Source: Macrostomum hystrix
Lineage: Eukaryota; Animalia; Platyhelminthes
Direction of reading: 5' to 3'
DNA: 64,000 bases
NCBI GenBank assembly: GCA_950097015.1
Contig: CATNEN010000038.1
Location: forward strand, 13,144,001 to 13,208,000
The notes beneath the pieces are model-generated. The model was not told where the DNA came from. It did not search any database and worked only from the letters and a program-made list of their open reading frames with translations. Below are positions 44,649 to 59,600 of this stretch, one piece after another. Made by a program: the position numbers and the translations under genes. Within the stretch, counting starts at the first letter, position 1. Every line of letters starts with the position of its first letter.

Positions 44649-47600
44649 GATCGCATTAGGCTGCGATAGCAGCACTAAATTATATTTGCAGCTCTAGCTA
44701 GCCTGCTTGACAGTGACAAGCGGGTTGATTCTAGTGTAAAGAACAATTAGACTACCTTGCTCACGTGCTTGAAGAGCTTATCGCGTGCTGCTGGCACACA
44801 TCACGTGCACCTCATATTTCAGGTATATTGCTAATATTCCGAATATAAGTTTCTAGCTCGTTTTCTCGATCCAAAATATCGTTCACAATTCCCTGTCAGC
44901 AGATCTAGCGAAAGCGTGTTGCTGGCGATGTGAACACACTATAACTAGCTGCTCTCGCGGGTAGCGTAGGGCTGCTAAAGAAGTAGAGAAATAACTTTTG
45001 CAGCATTTGCTAGCCTGTTTGACTATAAAAAGTGTTTTGATGCACGCCTATTCATGAACAAGTGTAGATGAACATGTGCTGGCACACATCGCGTCATACT
45101 CATATTTTAGGTATATTGCTAATATTCTAGAGATCAAGTTTGTTTTCCTGATTAAAAAGTGCGTTAAAACACACCCCTGTAGGCAGATGCATCTGAAGCT
45201 TGTTGCTTGCTCTGTGAACACGATATGGCTAGCTGCACTCGTGGATCGCATTAGGCTGCGATAGCAGCACTAAATTACATTTGCAGCTCTAGCTAGCCTG
45301 CTTGACAGTGACAAACGGGTTGATTCAAGTGTAAAGAACAATTAGAGCACCTTGCTCACGTGCTTGAAGAGCTTAACGCGTGCTGCTGGCACACATCACG
45401 TGCACCTCATATTTCAGGAATATTGCTAAAATTCTGAATATAAGGTTCTAGCTCGTTTTCTCGATTCAGAATATCGTTCACAATTCCCCTGTCAGCAGAT
45501 CTAGCGAAAGCTTGTTGCTGGCGATGCGAACACGCTATAACTAGCTGCTCTCGCGGATAGCGTAGGGCTGCTAAAGAAGTGCAGAAATAACTTTTGCAGC
45601 TTTAGCTAGCCTGTTTGACTATAAAGTGTTTTGATGCACGCCTATTCATGAACAAGTGTAAATGAACATGTGCTGGCACACATCGCGTCATACTCATATT
45701 TTAGGTATATTGCTAATATTCTAGAAATCAAGTATGTTTTCCTGATTAAAAGGTGCGTTAAAACACACCCCTGTAGGCAGATGCATCTGAAGCTTGTTGC
45801 TTGCTCTGTGAACACGATATGGCTAGCTGCACTCGTGGATCGCGTTGGGCTGCGATAGCAGCACTAAATTACATTTGCAGCTCTAGCTAGCCTGCTTGAC
45901 AGTGACAAGCGGGTTGATTCAAGTGTAAAGAACAATTAGAGCACCTTGCTCACGTGCTTGAAGAGCTTAACGCGTGCTGCTGGCACACATCACGTCCACC
46001 TCATATTTCAGGTATATTGCTAATATTTGAATATAAGGTTCTAGCTCGTTTTCTCGATTGAAAAGATCGTTGACAATCCCTCTGTCAGCAGATCTAGCGA
46101 AAGCTTGTTACTGGCGATGCGAACACGCTATAACTAGCTGCTCTCGCGGATTGCGTTGGGCTGCTAAAGAAGTACAGAAATAACTTTTGCAGCTTTTGCT
46201 AGCCTGTTTACTATAAAAAGTGTTTTGATGCACGCCTATTCATGAACAAGTGTATATGAACATGTGCTGGCACACATCGCGTCATACTCATATTTTAGGT
46301 ATATTGCTAATATTCTAGAGATCAAGTTTGTTTTCCTGATTAAAAAGTGCGTTAAAACACACCCCTGTAGGCAGATGCATCTGAAGCTTGTTGCTTGCTC
46401 TGTGAACACGATATGGCTAGCTGCTCTCGTGGATCGCGTTGGGCTGCGATAGCAGCACTAAATTACATTTGCAGCTCTAGCTAGCCTGCTTGACAGTGAC
46501 AAGCGGGTTGATTCAAGTGTAAAGAACAATTAGAGCACCTTGCTCACGTGCTTGAAGAGCTTAACGCGTGCTGCTGGCACACATCACGTCCACCTCATAT
46601 TTCAGGAATATTGCTTATATTCTAAATATAGGGTTCTAGCTCGTTTTCTCAATTCATAATATCGTTCACAATTTCCCTGTCAGCGGATCTTGCGAAAGCG
46701 TGTTGCTGGCGATGTGAACACGCTATAACTAGCTGCTCTCGTGGATACCGTAGGGCTGCTAAAGCAGTACAGAAATAACTTTTGCAGCTTTAGCTAGCCT
46801 GTTTGACTATAAAGTGTTTTGATGCACGCCTATTCATGAACAAGTGTAAATGAACATGTGCTGGCACACATCGCGTCATACTCATATTTTAGGTATATTG
46901 CTAATATTCTAGAGATCAAGTATGTTTTCCTGATTAAAAAGTGCGTTAAAACACACCCCTGTAGGCAGATGCATCTGAAGCTTGTTGCTTGCTCTGTGAG
47001 CACGATATGGCTAGCTGCACTCATGGATCGCATTAGGCTGCGATAGCAGCACTAAATTACATTTGCAGCTCTAGCTAGCCTGCTTGACAGTGACAAGCGG
47101 GTTGATTCAAGTGTAAAGAACAATTAGACAATCTTGCTCACGTGCTTGAAGAGCTTAACACGTGCTGCTGGCACACATCACGTCCACCTCATATTTCAGG
47201 TATATTGCTAATATTCTGAATATAAGGTTCTAGCTCGTTTTCTCGATTGAAGAGATCGTTGACAATTCCCCTGTCAGCAGATCTAGCGAAAGCTTGTTGC
47301 TGGCGATGTGAACACGCTATAACTAGCTGCTCTCGCGGATAGCGTAGGGCTGCTAAAGAAGTACAGAAATAACTTTTGCAGCTTTTGCTAGCCTGTTTAC
47401 TACAAAAAGTGTTTTGATGCACGCCTATTCATGAACAAGTGTAAATGAACATGTGCTGGCACACATCGCGTCATACTCATATTTTAGGTATATTGCTACT
47501 ATTCTAGAGATCAAGTATGTTTTCCTGATTAAAAAGTTCGTTAAAACACACCCCTGTAGGCAGATGCATCTGAAGCTTGTTGCTTGCTCTGTGAACACGA

Positions 47601-50600
47601 TATGGCTAGCTGCTCTCGTGGATCGCATTAGGCTGCGATAGCAGCACTAAATTACATTTGCAGCTCTAGCTAGCCTGCTTGACAGTGACAAGCGGGTTGA
47701 TTCAAGTGTAAAGAACAATTAGAGCACCTTGCTCACGTGCTTGAAGAGCTTAACGCGTGCTGCTGGCACACATCACGTGCACCTCATATTTCAGGAATAT
47801 TGCTAAAATTCTGAATATAAGGTTCTAGCTCGTTTTCTCGATTCAGAATATCGTTCACAATTCCCCTGTCAGCAGATCTAGCGAAAGCTTGTTGCTGGCG
47901 ATGCGAACACGCTATAACTAGCTGCTCTCGCGGATAGCGTAGGGCTGCTAAAGAAGTGCAGAAATAACTTTTGCAGCTTTAGCTAGCCTGTTTGACTATA
48001 AAGTGTTTTGATGCACGCCTATTCATGAACAAGTGTAAATGAACATGTGCTGGCACACATCGCGTCATACTCATATTTTAGGTATATTGCTAATATTCTA
48101 GAAATCAAGTATGTTTTCCTGATTAAAAGGTGCGTTAAAACACACCCCTGTAGGCAGATGCATCTGAAGCTTGTTGCTTGCTCTGTGAACACGATATGGC
48201 TAGCTGCTCTCGTGGATCGCGTTGGGCTGCGATAGCAGCACTAAATTACATTTGCAGCTCTAGCTAGCCTGCTTGACAGTGACAAGCGGGTTGATTCAAG
48301 TGTAAAGAACAATTAGAGCATCTTGCTCACGTGCTTGAAGAGCTTAACACGTGCTGCTGGCACACATCACGTCCACCTCATATTTCAGGTATATTGCTAA
48401 TATTTGAATATAAGGTTCTAGCTCGTTTTCTCGATTGAAGAGATCGTTGACAATTCCCCTGTCAGCAGATCTAGCGAAAGCTTGTTGCTGGCGATGTGAA
48501 CACGCTATAACTAGCTGCTCTCGCGGATAGCGTAGGGCTGCTAAAGAAGTACAGAAATAACTTTTGCAGCTTTTGCTAGCCTGTTTACTACAAAAAGTGT
48601 TTTGATGCACGCCTATTCATGAACAAGTGTAAATGAACATGTGCTGGCACACATCGCGTCATACTCATATTTTAGGTATATTGCTAATATTCTAGAGATC
48701 AAGTATGTTTTCCTGATTAAAAAGTGCGTTGAAACACACCCCTGTAGGCAGATGCATCTGAAGCTTGTTGCTTGCTCTGTGAGCACGATATGGCTAGCTG
48801 CACTCATGGATCGCATTAGGCTGCGATAGCAGCACTAAATTACATTTGCAGCTCTAGCTAGCCTGCTTGACAGTGACAAGCGGGTTGATTCAAGTGTAAA
48901 GAACAATTAGAGCACCTTGCTCACGTGCTTGAAGAGCTTAACGCGTGCTGCTGGCACACATCACGTCCACCTCATATTTCAGGAATATTGCTTATATTCT
49001 AAATATAGGGTTCTAGCTCGTTTTCTCAATTCATAATACCGTTCACAATTTCCCTGTCAGCAGATCTAGCGAAAGCGTGTTGCTGGCGATGTGAACACGC
49101 TATAACTAGCTGCTCTCGTGGATAGCGTAGGGCTGCTAAAGCAGTACAGAAATAACTTTTGCAGCTTTAGCTAGCCTGTTTGACTATAAAGTGTTTTAAT
49201 GCACGCCTATTCATGAACAAGTGTAAATGAACATGTGCTGGCACACATCGCGTCATACTCATATTTTAGGTATATTGTTAATATTCTAGAGATCAAGTAT
49301 GTTTTCCTGATTAAAAAGTTCGTTAAAACACACCCCTGTAGGCAGATGCATCTGAAGCTTGTTGCTTGCTCTGTGAACACGATATGGCTAGCTGCTCTCG
49401 TGGATCGCGTTGGGCTGCGATAGCAGCACTAAATTACATTTGCAGCTCTAGCTAGCCTGCTTGACAGTGACAAGCGGGTTGATTTAAGTGTAAAGAACAA
49501 TTAGAGCACCTTGCTCACGTGCTTGAAGAGCTTAACGCGTGCTGCTGGCACACATCACGTCCACCTCATATTTCAGGTATATTGCTAATATTCTGAATAT
49601 AAGGTTCTAGCTCGTTTTCTCGATTCAGAATATCGTTCACAATTCCCCTGTCAGCAGATCTAGCGAAAGCTTGTTGCTGGCGATGCGAACACGCTATAAC
49701 TAGCTGCTCTCGCGGATAGCGTAGGGCTGCTAAAGAAGTACAGAAATAACTTTTGCAGCTTTAGCTAGCCTGTTTGACTATAAAGTGTTTTGATGCACGC
49801 CTATTCATGAACAAGTGTAAATGAACATGTGCTGGCACACATCGCGTCATACTCATATTTTAGGTATATTGCTAATATTCTAGAAATCAAGTATGTTTTC
49901 CTGATTAAAAGGTGCGTTAAAACACACCCCTGTAGGCAGATGCATCTGAAGCTTGTTGCTTGCTCTGTGAACACGATATGGCTAGCTGCTCTCGTGGATC
50001 GCGTTGGGCTGCGATAGCAGCACTAAATTACATTTGCAGCTCTAGCTAGCCTGCTTGACAGTGACAAGCGGGTTGATTCAAGTGTAAAGAACAATTAGAG
50101 CATCTTGCTCACGTGCTTGAAGAGCTTAACACGTGCTGCTGGCACACATCACGTCCACCTCATATTTCAGGTATATTGCTAATATTCTGAATATAAGGTT
50201 CTAGCTCGTTTTCTCGATTGAAGAGATCGTTGACAATTCCCCTGTCAGCAGATCTAGCGAAAGCTTGTTGCTGGCGATGTGAACACGCTATAACTAGCTG
50301 CTCTCGCGGATAGCGTAGGGCTGCTAAAGAAGTACAGAAATAACTTTTGCAGCTTTTGCTAGCCTGTTTACTACAAAAAGTGTTTTGATGCACGCCTATT
50401 CATGAACAAGTGTAAATGAACATGTGCTGGCACACATCGCGTCATACTCATATTTTAGGTATATTGCTAATATTCTAGAAATCAAGTATGTTTTCCTGAT
50501 TAAAAGGTGCGTTAAAACACACCCCTGTAGGCAGATGCATCTGAAGCTTGTTGCTTGCTCTGTGAACACGATATGGCTAGCTGCTCTCGTGGATCGCGTT

Positions 50601-53600
50601 GGGCTGCGATAGCAGCACTAAATTACATTTGCAGCTCTAGCTAGCCTGCTTGACAGTGACAAGCGGGTTGATTCAAGTGTAAAGAACAATTAGAGCATCT
50701 TGCTCACGTGCTTGAAGAGCTTAACACGTGCTGCTGGCACACATCACGTCCACCTCATATTTCAGGTATATTGCTAATATTTGAATATAAGGTTCTAGCT
50801 CGTTTTCTCGATTCAAAATATCGTTGACACTACCCCTGTCAGCAGATCTAGCGAAAGCTTGTTGCTGGCTATGCGAACACGCTATAACTAGCTGCTCTCG
50901 CGGATAGCGTTGGGCTGCTAAAGAAGTACAGAAATAACTTTTGCAGCTTTTGCTAGCCTGTTTACTATAAAAAGTGTTTTGATGCACGCCTATTCATGAA
51001 CAAGTGTAGATGAACATGTGCTGGCACACATCGCGTCATACTCATATTTTAGGTATATTGCTAATATTCTAGAGATCAAGTATGTTTTCCTGATTAAAAA
51101 GTGCGTTAAAACACACCCCTGTAGGCAGATGCATCTGAAGCTTGTTGCTTGCTCTGTGAGCACGATATGGCTAGCTGCACTCATGGATCGCATTAGGCTG
51201 CGATAGCAGCACTAAATTACATTTGCAGCTCTAGCTAGCCTGCTTGACAGTGACAAGCGGGTTGATTCAAGTGTAAAGAACAATTAGAGCATCTTGCTCA
51301 CGTGCTTGAAGAGCTTAACACGTGCTGCTGGCACACATCACGTCCACCTCATATTTCAGGTATATTGCTAATATTCTGAATATAAGGTTCTAGCTCGTTT
51401 TCTCGATTGAAGAGATCGTTGACAATTCCCCTGTCAGCAGATCTAGCGAAAGCTTGTTGCTGGCGATGTGAACACGCTATAACTAGCTGCTCTCGCGGAT
51501 AGCGTAGGGCTGCTAAAGAAGTACAGAAATAACTTTTGCAGCTTTTGCTAGCCTGTTTACTACAAAAAGTGTTTTGATGCACGCCTATTCATGAACAAGT
51601 GTAAATGAACATGTGCTGGCACACATCGCGTCATACTCATATTTTAGGTATATTGCTACTATTCTAGAGATCAAGTATGTTTTCCTGATTAAAAAGTGCG
51701 TTGAAACACACCCCTGTAGGCAGATGCATCTGAAGCTTGTTGCTTGCTCTGTGAACACGATATGGCTAGCTGCTCTCGTGGATCGCGTTGGGCTGCGATA
51801 GCAGCACTAAATTACATTTGCAGCTCTAGCTAGCCTGCTTGACAGTGACAAGCGGGTTGATTCAAGTGTAAAGAACAATTAGAGCACCTTGCTCACGTGC
51901 TTGAAGAGCTTAACGCGTGCTGCTGGCACACATCACGTCCACCTCATATTTCAGGTATATTGCTAATATTCTGAATATCAGGTTCTAGCTCGTTTTCTCG
52001 ATTCAGAATATCGTTCACAATTCCCCTGTCAGCAGATCTAGCGAAAGCTTGTTGCTGGCGATGCGAACACGCTATAACTAGCTGCTCTCGCGGATAGCGT
52101 AGGGCTGCTAATGCAGTACAGAAATAACTTTTGCAGCTTTAGCTAGCCTGTTTGACTATAAAGTGTTTTGATGCACGCCTATTCATGAACAAGTGTAAAT
52201 GAACATGTGCTGGCACACATCGCGTCATACTCATATTTTAGGTATATTGCTAATATTCTAGAAATCAAGTATGTTTTCCTGATTAAAAGGTGCGTTAAAA
52301 CACACCCCTGTAGGCAGATGCATCTGAAGCTTGTTGCTTGCTCTGTGAACACGATATGGCTAGCTGCTCTCGTGGATCGCGTTGGGCTGCGATAGCAGCA
52401 CTAAATTACATTTGCAGCTCTAGCTAGCCTGCTTGACAGTGACAAGCGGGTTGATTCAAGTGTAAAGAACAATTAGAGCATCTTGCTCACGTGCTTGAAG
52501 AGCTTAACACGTGCTGCTGGCACACATCACGTCCACCTCATATTTCAGGTATATTGCTAATATTTGAATATAAGGTTCTAGCTCGTTTTCTCGATTCAAA
52601 ATATCGTTGACACTACCCCTGTCAGCAGATCTAGCGAAAGCTTGTTGCTGGCTATGCGAACACGCTATAACTAGCTGCTCTCGCGGATAGCGTTGGGCTG
52701 CTAAAGAAGTACAGAAATAACTTTTGCAGCTTTTGCTAGCCTGTTTACTATAAAAAGTGTTTTGATGCACGCCTATTCATGAACAAGTGTAAATGAACAT
52801 GTGCTGGCACACATCGCGTCATACTCATATTTTAGGTATATTGCTAATATTCTAGAAATCAAGTATGTTTTCCTGATTAAAAGGTGCGTTAAAACACACC
52901 CCTGTAGGCAGATGCATCTGAAGCTTGTTGCTTGCTCTGTGAACACGATATGGCTAGCTGCTCTCGTGGATCGCGTTGGGCTGCGATAGCAGCACTAAAT
53001 TACATTTGCAGCTCTAGCTAGCCTGCTTGACAGTGACAAGCGGGTTGATTCAAGTGTAAAGAACAATTAGAGCATCTTGCTCACGTGCTTGAAGAGCTTA
53101 ACACGTGCTGCTGGCACACATCACGTCCACCTCATATTTCAGGTATATTGCTAATATTTGAATATAAGGTTCTAGCTCGTTTTCTCGATTCAAAATATCG
53201 TTGACACTACCCCTGTCAGCAGATCTAGCGAAAGCTTGTTGCTGGCTATGCGAACACGCTATAACTAGCTGCTCTCGCGGATAGCGTTGGGCTGCTAAAG
53301 AAGTACAGAAATAACTTTTGCAGCTTTTGCTAGCCTGTTTACTATAAAAAGTGTTTTGATGCACGCCTATTCATGAACAAGTGTAAATGAACATGTGCTG
53401 GCACACATCGCGTCATACTCATATTTTAGGTATATTGCTAATATTCTAGAAATCAAGTATGTTTTCCTGATTAAAAGGTGCGTTAAAACACACCCCTGTA
53501 GGCAGATGCATCTGAAGCTTGTTGCTTGCTCTGTGAACACGATATGGCTAGCTGCTCTCGTGGATCGCGTTGGGCTGCGATAGCAGCACTAAATTACATT

Positions 53601-56600
53601 TGCAGCTCTAGCTAGCCTGCTTGACAGTGACAAGCGGGTTGATTCAAGTGTAAAGAACAATTAGAGCATCTCGCTCACGTGCTTGAAGAGCTTAACACGT
53701 GCTGCTGGCACACATCACGTCCACCTCATATTTCAGGTATATTGCTAATATTCTGAATATAAGGTTCTAGCTCGTTTTCTCGATTGAAGAGATCGTTGAC
53801 AATTCCCCTGTCAGCAGATCTAGCGAAAGCTTGTTGCTGGCGATGTGAACACGCTATAACTAGCTGCTCTCGCGGATAGCGTAGGGCTGCTAAAGAAGTA
53901 CAGAAATAACTTTTGCAGCTTTTGCTAGCCTGTTTACTACAAAAAGTGTTTTGATGCACGCCTATTCATGAACAAGTGTAAATGAACATGTGCTGGCACA
54001 CATCGCGTCATACTCATATTTTAGGTATATTGCTAATATTCTAGAAATCAAGTATGTTTTCCTGATTAAAAGGTGCGTTAAAACACACCCCTGTAGGCAG
54101 ATGCATCTGAAGCTTGTTGCTTGCTCTGTGAACACGATATGGCTAGCTGCTCTCGTGGATCGCGTTGGGCTGCGATAGCAGCACTAAATTACATTTGCAG
54201 CTCTAGCTAGCCTGCTTGACAGTGACAAGCGGGTTGATTCAAGTGTAAAGAACAATTAGAGCATCTTGCTCACGTGCTTGAAGAGCTTAACACGTGCTGC
54301 TGGCACACATCACGTCCACCTCATATTTCAGGTATATTGCTAATATTTGAATATAAGGTTCTAGCTCGTTTTCTCGATTCAAAATATCGTTGACACTACC
54401 CCTGTCAGCAGATCTAGCGAAAGCTTGTTGCTGGCTATGCGAACACGCTATAACTAGCTGCTCTCGCGGATAGCGTTGGGCTGCTAAAGAAGTACAGAAA
54501 TAACTTTTGCAGCTTTTGCTAGCCTGTTTACTATAAAAAGTGTTTTGATGCACGCCTATTCATGAACAAGTGTAGATGAACATGTGCTGGCACACATCGC
54601 GTCATACTCATATTTTAGGTATATTGCTAATATTCTAGAGATCAAGTATGTTTTCCTGATTAAAAAGTGCGTTAAAACACACCCCTGTAGGCAGATGCAT
54701 CTGAAGCTTGTTGCTTGCTCTGTGAGCACGATATGGCTAGCTGCACTCATGGATCGCATTAGGCTGCGATAGCAGCACTAAATTACATTTGCAGCTCTAG
54801 CTAGCCTGCTTGACAGTGACAAGCGGGTTGATTCAAGTGTAAAGAACAATTAGAGCATCTTGCTCACGTGCTTGAAGAGCTTAACACGTGCTGCTGGCAC
54901 ACATCACGTCCACCTCATATTTCAGGTATATTGCTAATATTCTGAATATAAGGTTCTAGCTCGTTTTCTCGATTGAAGAGATCGTTGACAATTCCCCTGT
55001 CAGCAGATCTAGCGAAAGCTTGTTGCTGGCGATGTGAACACGCTATAACTAGCTGCTCTCGCGGATAGCGTAGGGCTGCTAAAGAAGTACAGAAATAACT
55101 TTTGCAGCTTTTGCTAGCCTGTTTACTACAAAAAGTGTTTTGATGCACGCCTATTCATGAACAAGTGTAAATGAACATGTGCTGGCACACATCGCGTCAT
55201 ACTCATATTTTAGGTATATTGCTACTATTCTAGAGATCAAGTATGTTTTCCTGATTAAAAAGTGCGTTGAAACACACCCCTGTAGGCAGATGCATCTGAA
55301 GCTTGTTGCTTGCTCTGTGAACACGATATGGCTAGCTGCTCTCGTGGATCGCGTTGGGCTGCGATAGCAGCACTAAATTACATTTGCAGCTCTAGCTAGC
55401 CTGCTTGACAGTGACAAGCGGGTTGATTCAAGTGTAAAGAACAATTAGAGCACCTTGCTCACGTGCTTGAAGAGCTTAACGCGTGCTGCTGGCACACATC
55501 ACGTCCACCTCATATTTCAGGTATATTGCTAATATTCTGAATATCAGGTTCTAGCTCGTTTTCTCGATTCAGAATATCGTTCACAATTCCCCTGTCAGCA
55601 GATCTAGCGAAAGCTTGTTGCTGGCGATGCGAACACGCTATAACTAGCTGCTCTCGCGGATAGCGTAGGGCTGCTAAAGAAGTACAGAAATAACTTTTGC
55701 AGCTTTAGCTAGCCTGTTTGACTATAAAGTGTTTTGATGCACGCCTATTCATGAACAAGTGTAAATGAACATGTGCTGGCACACATCGCGTCATACTCAT
55801 ATTTTAGGTATATTGCTAATATTCTAGAAATCAAGTATGTTTTCCTGATTAAAAGGTGCGTTAAAACACACCCCTGTAGGCAGATGCATCTGAAGCTTGT
55901 TGCTTGCTCTGTGAACACGATATGGCTAGCTGCTCTCGTGGATCGCGTTGGGCTGCGATAGCAGCACTAAATTACATTTGCAGCTCTAGCTAGCCTGCTT
56001 GACAGTGACAAGCGGGTTGATTCAAGTGTAAAGAACAATTAGAGCATCTTGCTCACGTGCTTGAAGAGCTTAACACGTGCTGCTGGCACACATCACGTCC
56101 ACCTCATATTTCAGGTATATTGCTAATATTTGAATATAAGGTTCTAGCTCGTTTTCTCGATTCAAAATATCGTTGACACTACCCCTGTCAGCAGATCTAG
56201 CGAAAGCTTGTTGCTGGCTATGCGAACACGCTATAACTAGCTGCTCTCGCGGATAGCGTTGGGCTGCTAAAGAAGTACAGAAATAACTTTTGCAGCTTTT
56301 GCTAGCCTGTTTACTATAAAAAGTGTTTTGATGCACGCCTATTCATGAACAAGTGTAAATGAACATGTGCTGGCACACATCACGTCCACCTCATATTTCA
56401 GGTATATTGCTAATATTTTGAATATAAGGTTCTAGCTCGTTTTCTCGATTGAAGAGATCGTTGACAATTCCCCTGTCAGCAGATCTAGCGAAAGCTTGTT
56501 GCTGGCGATGTGAACACGCTATAACTAGCTGCTCTCGCGGATAGCGTAGGGCTGCTAAAGAAGTACAGAAATAACTTTTGCAGCTTTTGCTAGCCTTTTT

Positions 56601-59600
56601 ACTACAAAAAGTGTTTTGATGCACGCCTATTCATGAACAAGTGTAAATGAACATGTGCTGGCACACATCGCGTCATACTCATATTTTAGGTATATTGCTA
56701 CTATTCTAGAGATCAAGTATGTTTTCCTGATTAAAAAGTGCGTTGAAACACACCCCTGTAGGCAGATGCATCTGAAGCTTGTTGCTTGCTCTGTGAGCAC
56801 GATATGGCTAGCTGCACTCATGGATCGCATTAGGCTGCGATAGCAGCACTAAATTACATTTGCAGCTCTAGCTAGCCTGCTTGACAGTGACAAGCGGGTT
56901 GATTCAAGTGTAAAGAACAATTAGAGCACCTTGCTCACGTGCTTGAAGAGCTTAACGCGTGCTGCTGGCACACATCACGTCCACCTCATATTTCAGGAAT
57001 ATTGCTTATATTCTAAATATAGGGTTCTAGCTCGTTTTCTCAATTCATAATATCGTTCACAATTTCCCTGTCAGCGGATCTTGCGAAAGCGTGTTGCTGG
57101 CGATGTGAACACGCTATAACTAGCTGCTCTCGTGGATAGCGTAGGGCTGCTAAAGCAGTACAGAAATAACTTTTGCAGCTTTAGCTAGCCTGTTTGACTA
57201 TAAAGTGTTTTGATGCACGCCTATTCATGAACAAGTGTAAATGAACATGTGCTGGCACACATCGCGTCATACTCATATTTTAGGTATATTGCTAATATTC
57301 TAGAGATCAAGTATGTTTTCCTGATTAAAAAGTTCGTTAAAACACACCCCTGTAGGCAGATGCATCTGAAGCTTGTTGCTTGCTCTGTGAACACGATATG
57401 GCTAGCTGCTCTCGTGGATCGCGTTGGGCTGCGATAGCAGCACTAAATTACATTTGCAGCTCTAGCTAGCCTGCTTGACAGTGACAAGCGGGTTGATTCA
57501 AGTGTAAAGAACAATTAGAGCACCTTGCTCACGTGCTTGAAGAGCTTAACGCGTGCTGCTGGCACACATCACGTCCACCTCATTTTTCAGGAATATTGGC
57601 AATATTCGAAATATAGGGTTCTAGGTCGTTTTCTCGATTCATAATATCGTTCAAAATTCCCCTGTCAGCAGATCCAGCGAAAGCGTGTTGCTGGCGATGT
57701 AAACACGCTATAACTAGCTGCTATCGCGGATAGCGTTGGGCTGCGATAGCAGCACTAAATTACATTTGCAGCTCTAGCTAGCCTGCTTGACAGTGACAAG
57801 CGGGTTGATTCAAGTGTAAAGAACAATTAGAGCACCTTGCTCACGTGCTTGAAGAGCTTAACGCGTGCTGCTGGCACACATCACGTCAAACTCATCTTTC
57901 AGGTATTTTGCTAAAATTCTGAATATATGGTTCTAGCCCGTTTTCTCGATTCATAATATCGTTCACAATTCCCCTGTCAGCAGATCTAGCGAAAGCGTGT
58001 TGCTGGCGATGTGAACACGCTATGACTAGCTGCTCTCGCGGATTGCGTAGGGCTGCTAAAGCAGTACAGAAATAACTTTTGCAGCTTTAGCTAGCCTGTT
58101 TGACTATAAAGTGTTTTGATGCACGCCTATTCATGAACAAGTGTAAATGAACATGTGCTGGCACACATCGCGTCATACTCATATTTTAGGTATATTGCTA
58201 ATATTCTAGAGATCAAGTATGTTTTCCTGATTAAAAAGTTCGTTAAAACACACCCCTGTAGGCAGATGCATCTGAAGCTTGTTGCTTGCTCTGTGAACAC
58301 GATATGGCTAGCTGCTCTCGTGGATCGCGTTGGGCTGCGATAGCAGCACTAAATTACATTTGCAGCTCTAGCTAGCCTGCTTGACAGTGACAAGCGGGTT
58401 GATTCAAGTGTAAAGAACAATTAGAGCACCTTGCTCACGTGCTTGAAGAGCTTAACGCGTGCTGCTGGCACACATCACGTCCACCTCATTTTTCAGGAAT
58501 ATTGGCAATATTCGAAATATAGGGTTCTAGGTCGTTTTCTCGATTCATAATATCGTTCAAAATTCCCCTGTCAGCAGATCCAGCGAAAGCGTGTTGCTGG
58601 CGATGTAAACACGCTATAACTAGCTGCTATCGCGGATAGCGTTGGGCTGCGATAGCAGCACTAAATTACATTTGCAGCTCTAGCTAGCCTGCTTGACAGT
58701 GACAAGCGGGTTGATTCAAGTGTAAAGAACAATTAGAGCACCTTGCTCACGTGCTTGAAGAGCTTAACGCGTGCTGCTGGCACACATCACGTCAAACTCA
58801 TCTTTCAGGTATTTTGCTAAAATTCTGAATATATGGTTCTAGCCCGTTTTCTCGATTCATAATATCGTTCACAATTCCCCTGTCAGCAGATCTAGCGAAA
58901 GCGTGTTGCTGGCGATGTGAACACGCTATGACTAACTGCTCTCGCGGATTGCGTAGGGCTGCTAAAGCAGTACAGAAATAACTTTTGCAGCTTTAGCTAG
59001 CCTGTTTGACTATATAAAGTGTTTTGATACACGCCTATTCATGAACAAGTGTAAATGAACATGTGCTGGCACACATCGCGTCATACTCATATTTTAGGTA
59101 TATTGCTAATATTCTAGAGATCAAGTATGTTTTCCTGATTAAAAAGTGCGTTAAAACACACCCCTGTAGGCAGATGCATCTGAAGCTTGTTGCTTGCTCT
59201 GTGAACACGATATGGCTAGCTGCACTCGTGGATGGCGTTGGGCTGCGATAGCAGCACTAAATTACATTTGCAGCTCTAGCTAGCCTGCTTGACAGTGACA
59301 AGCGGGTTGATTCAAGTGTAAAGAACAATTAGAGCACCTTGCTCACGTGCTTGAAGAGCTTAACGCGTGCTGCTGGCACACATCACGTCCACCTCATATT
59401 TCAGGAATATTGCTTATATTCTAAATATAGGGTTCTAGGTCGTTTTCTCGATTCATAATATCGTTCACAATTTCCCTGTCAGCAGATCTAGCGAAAGCGT
59501 GTTGCTGGCGATGTGAACACGCTATAACTAGCTGCTCTCGTGGATAGAATAGGGCTGCTAAAGCAGTACAGAAATAACTTTTGCAGCTTTAGCTAGCCTG

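Larger units (their letters stand above)
29187..44649 (-). repeat. 594-bp satellite, left (edge) arm: segments 29187-30581, 36851-38445, 43529-44649
   Basis: Landmarks recur at 594-bp spacing (29188, 29782, 30376); interrupted by a LINE and an LTR element. Confidence 0.97.
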
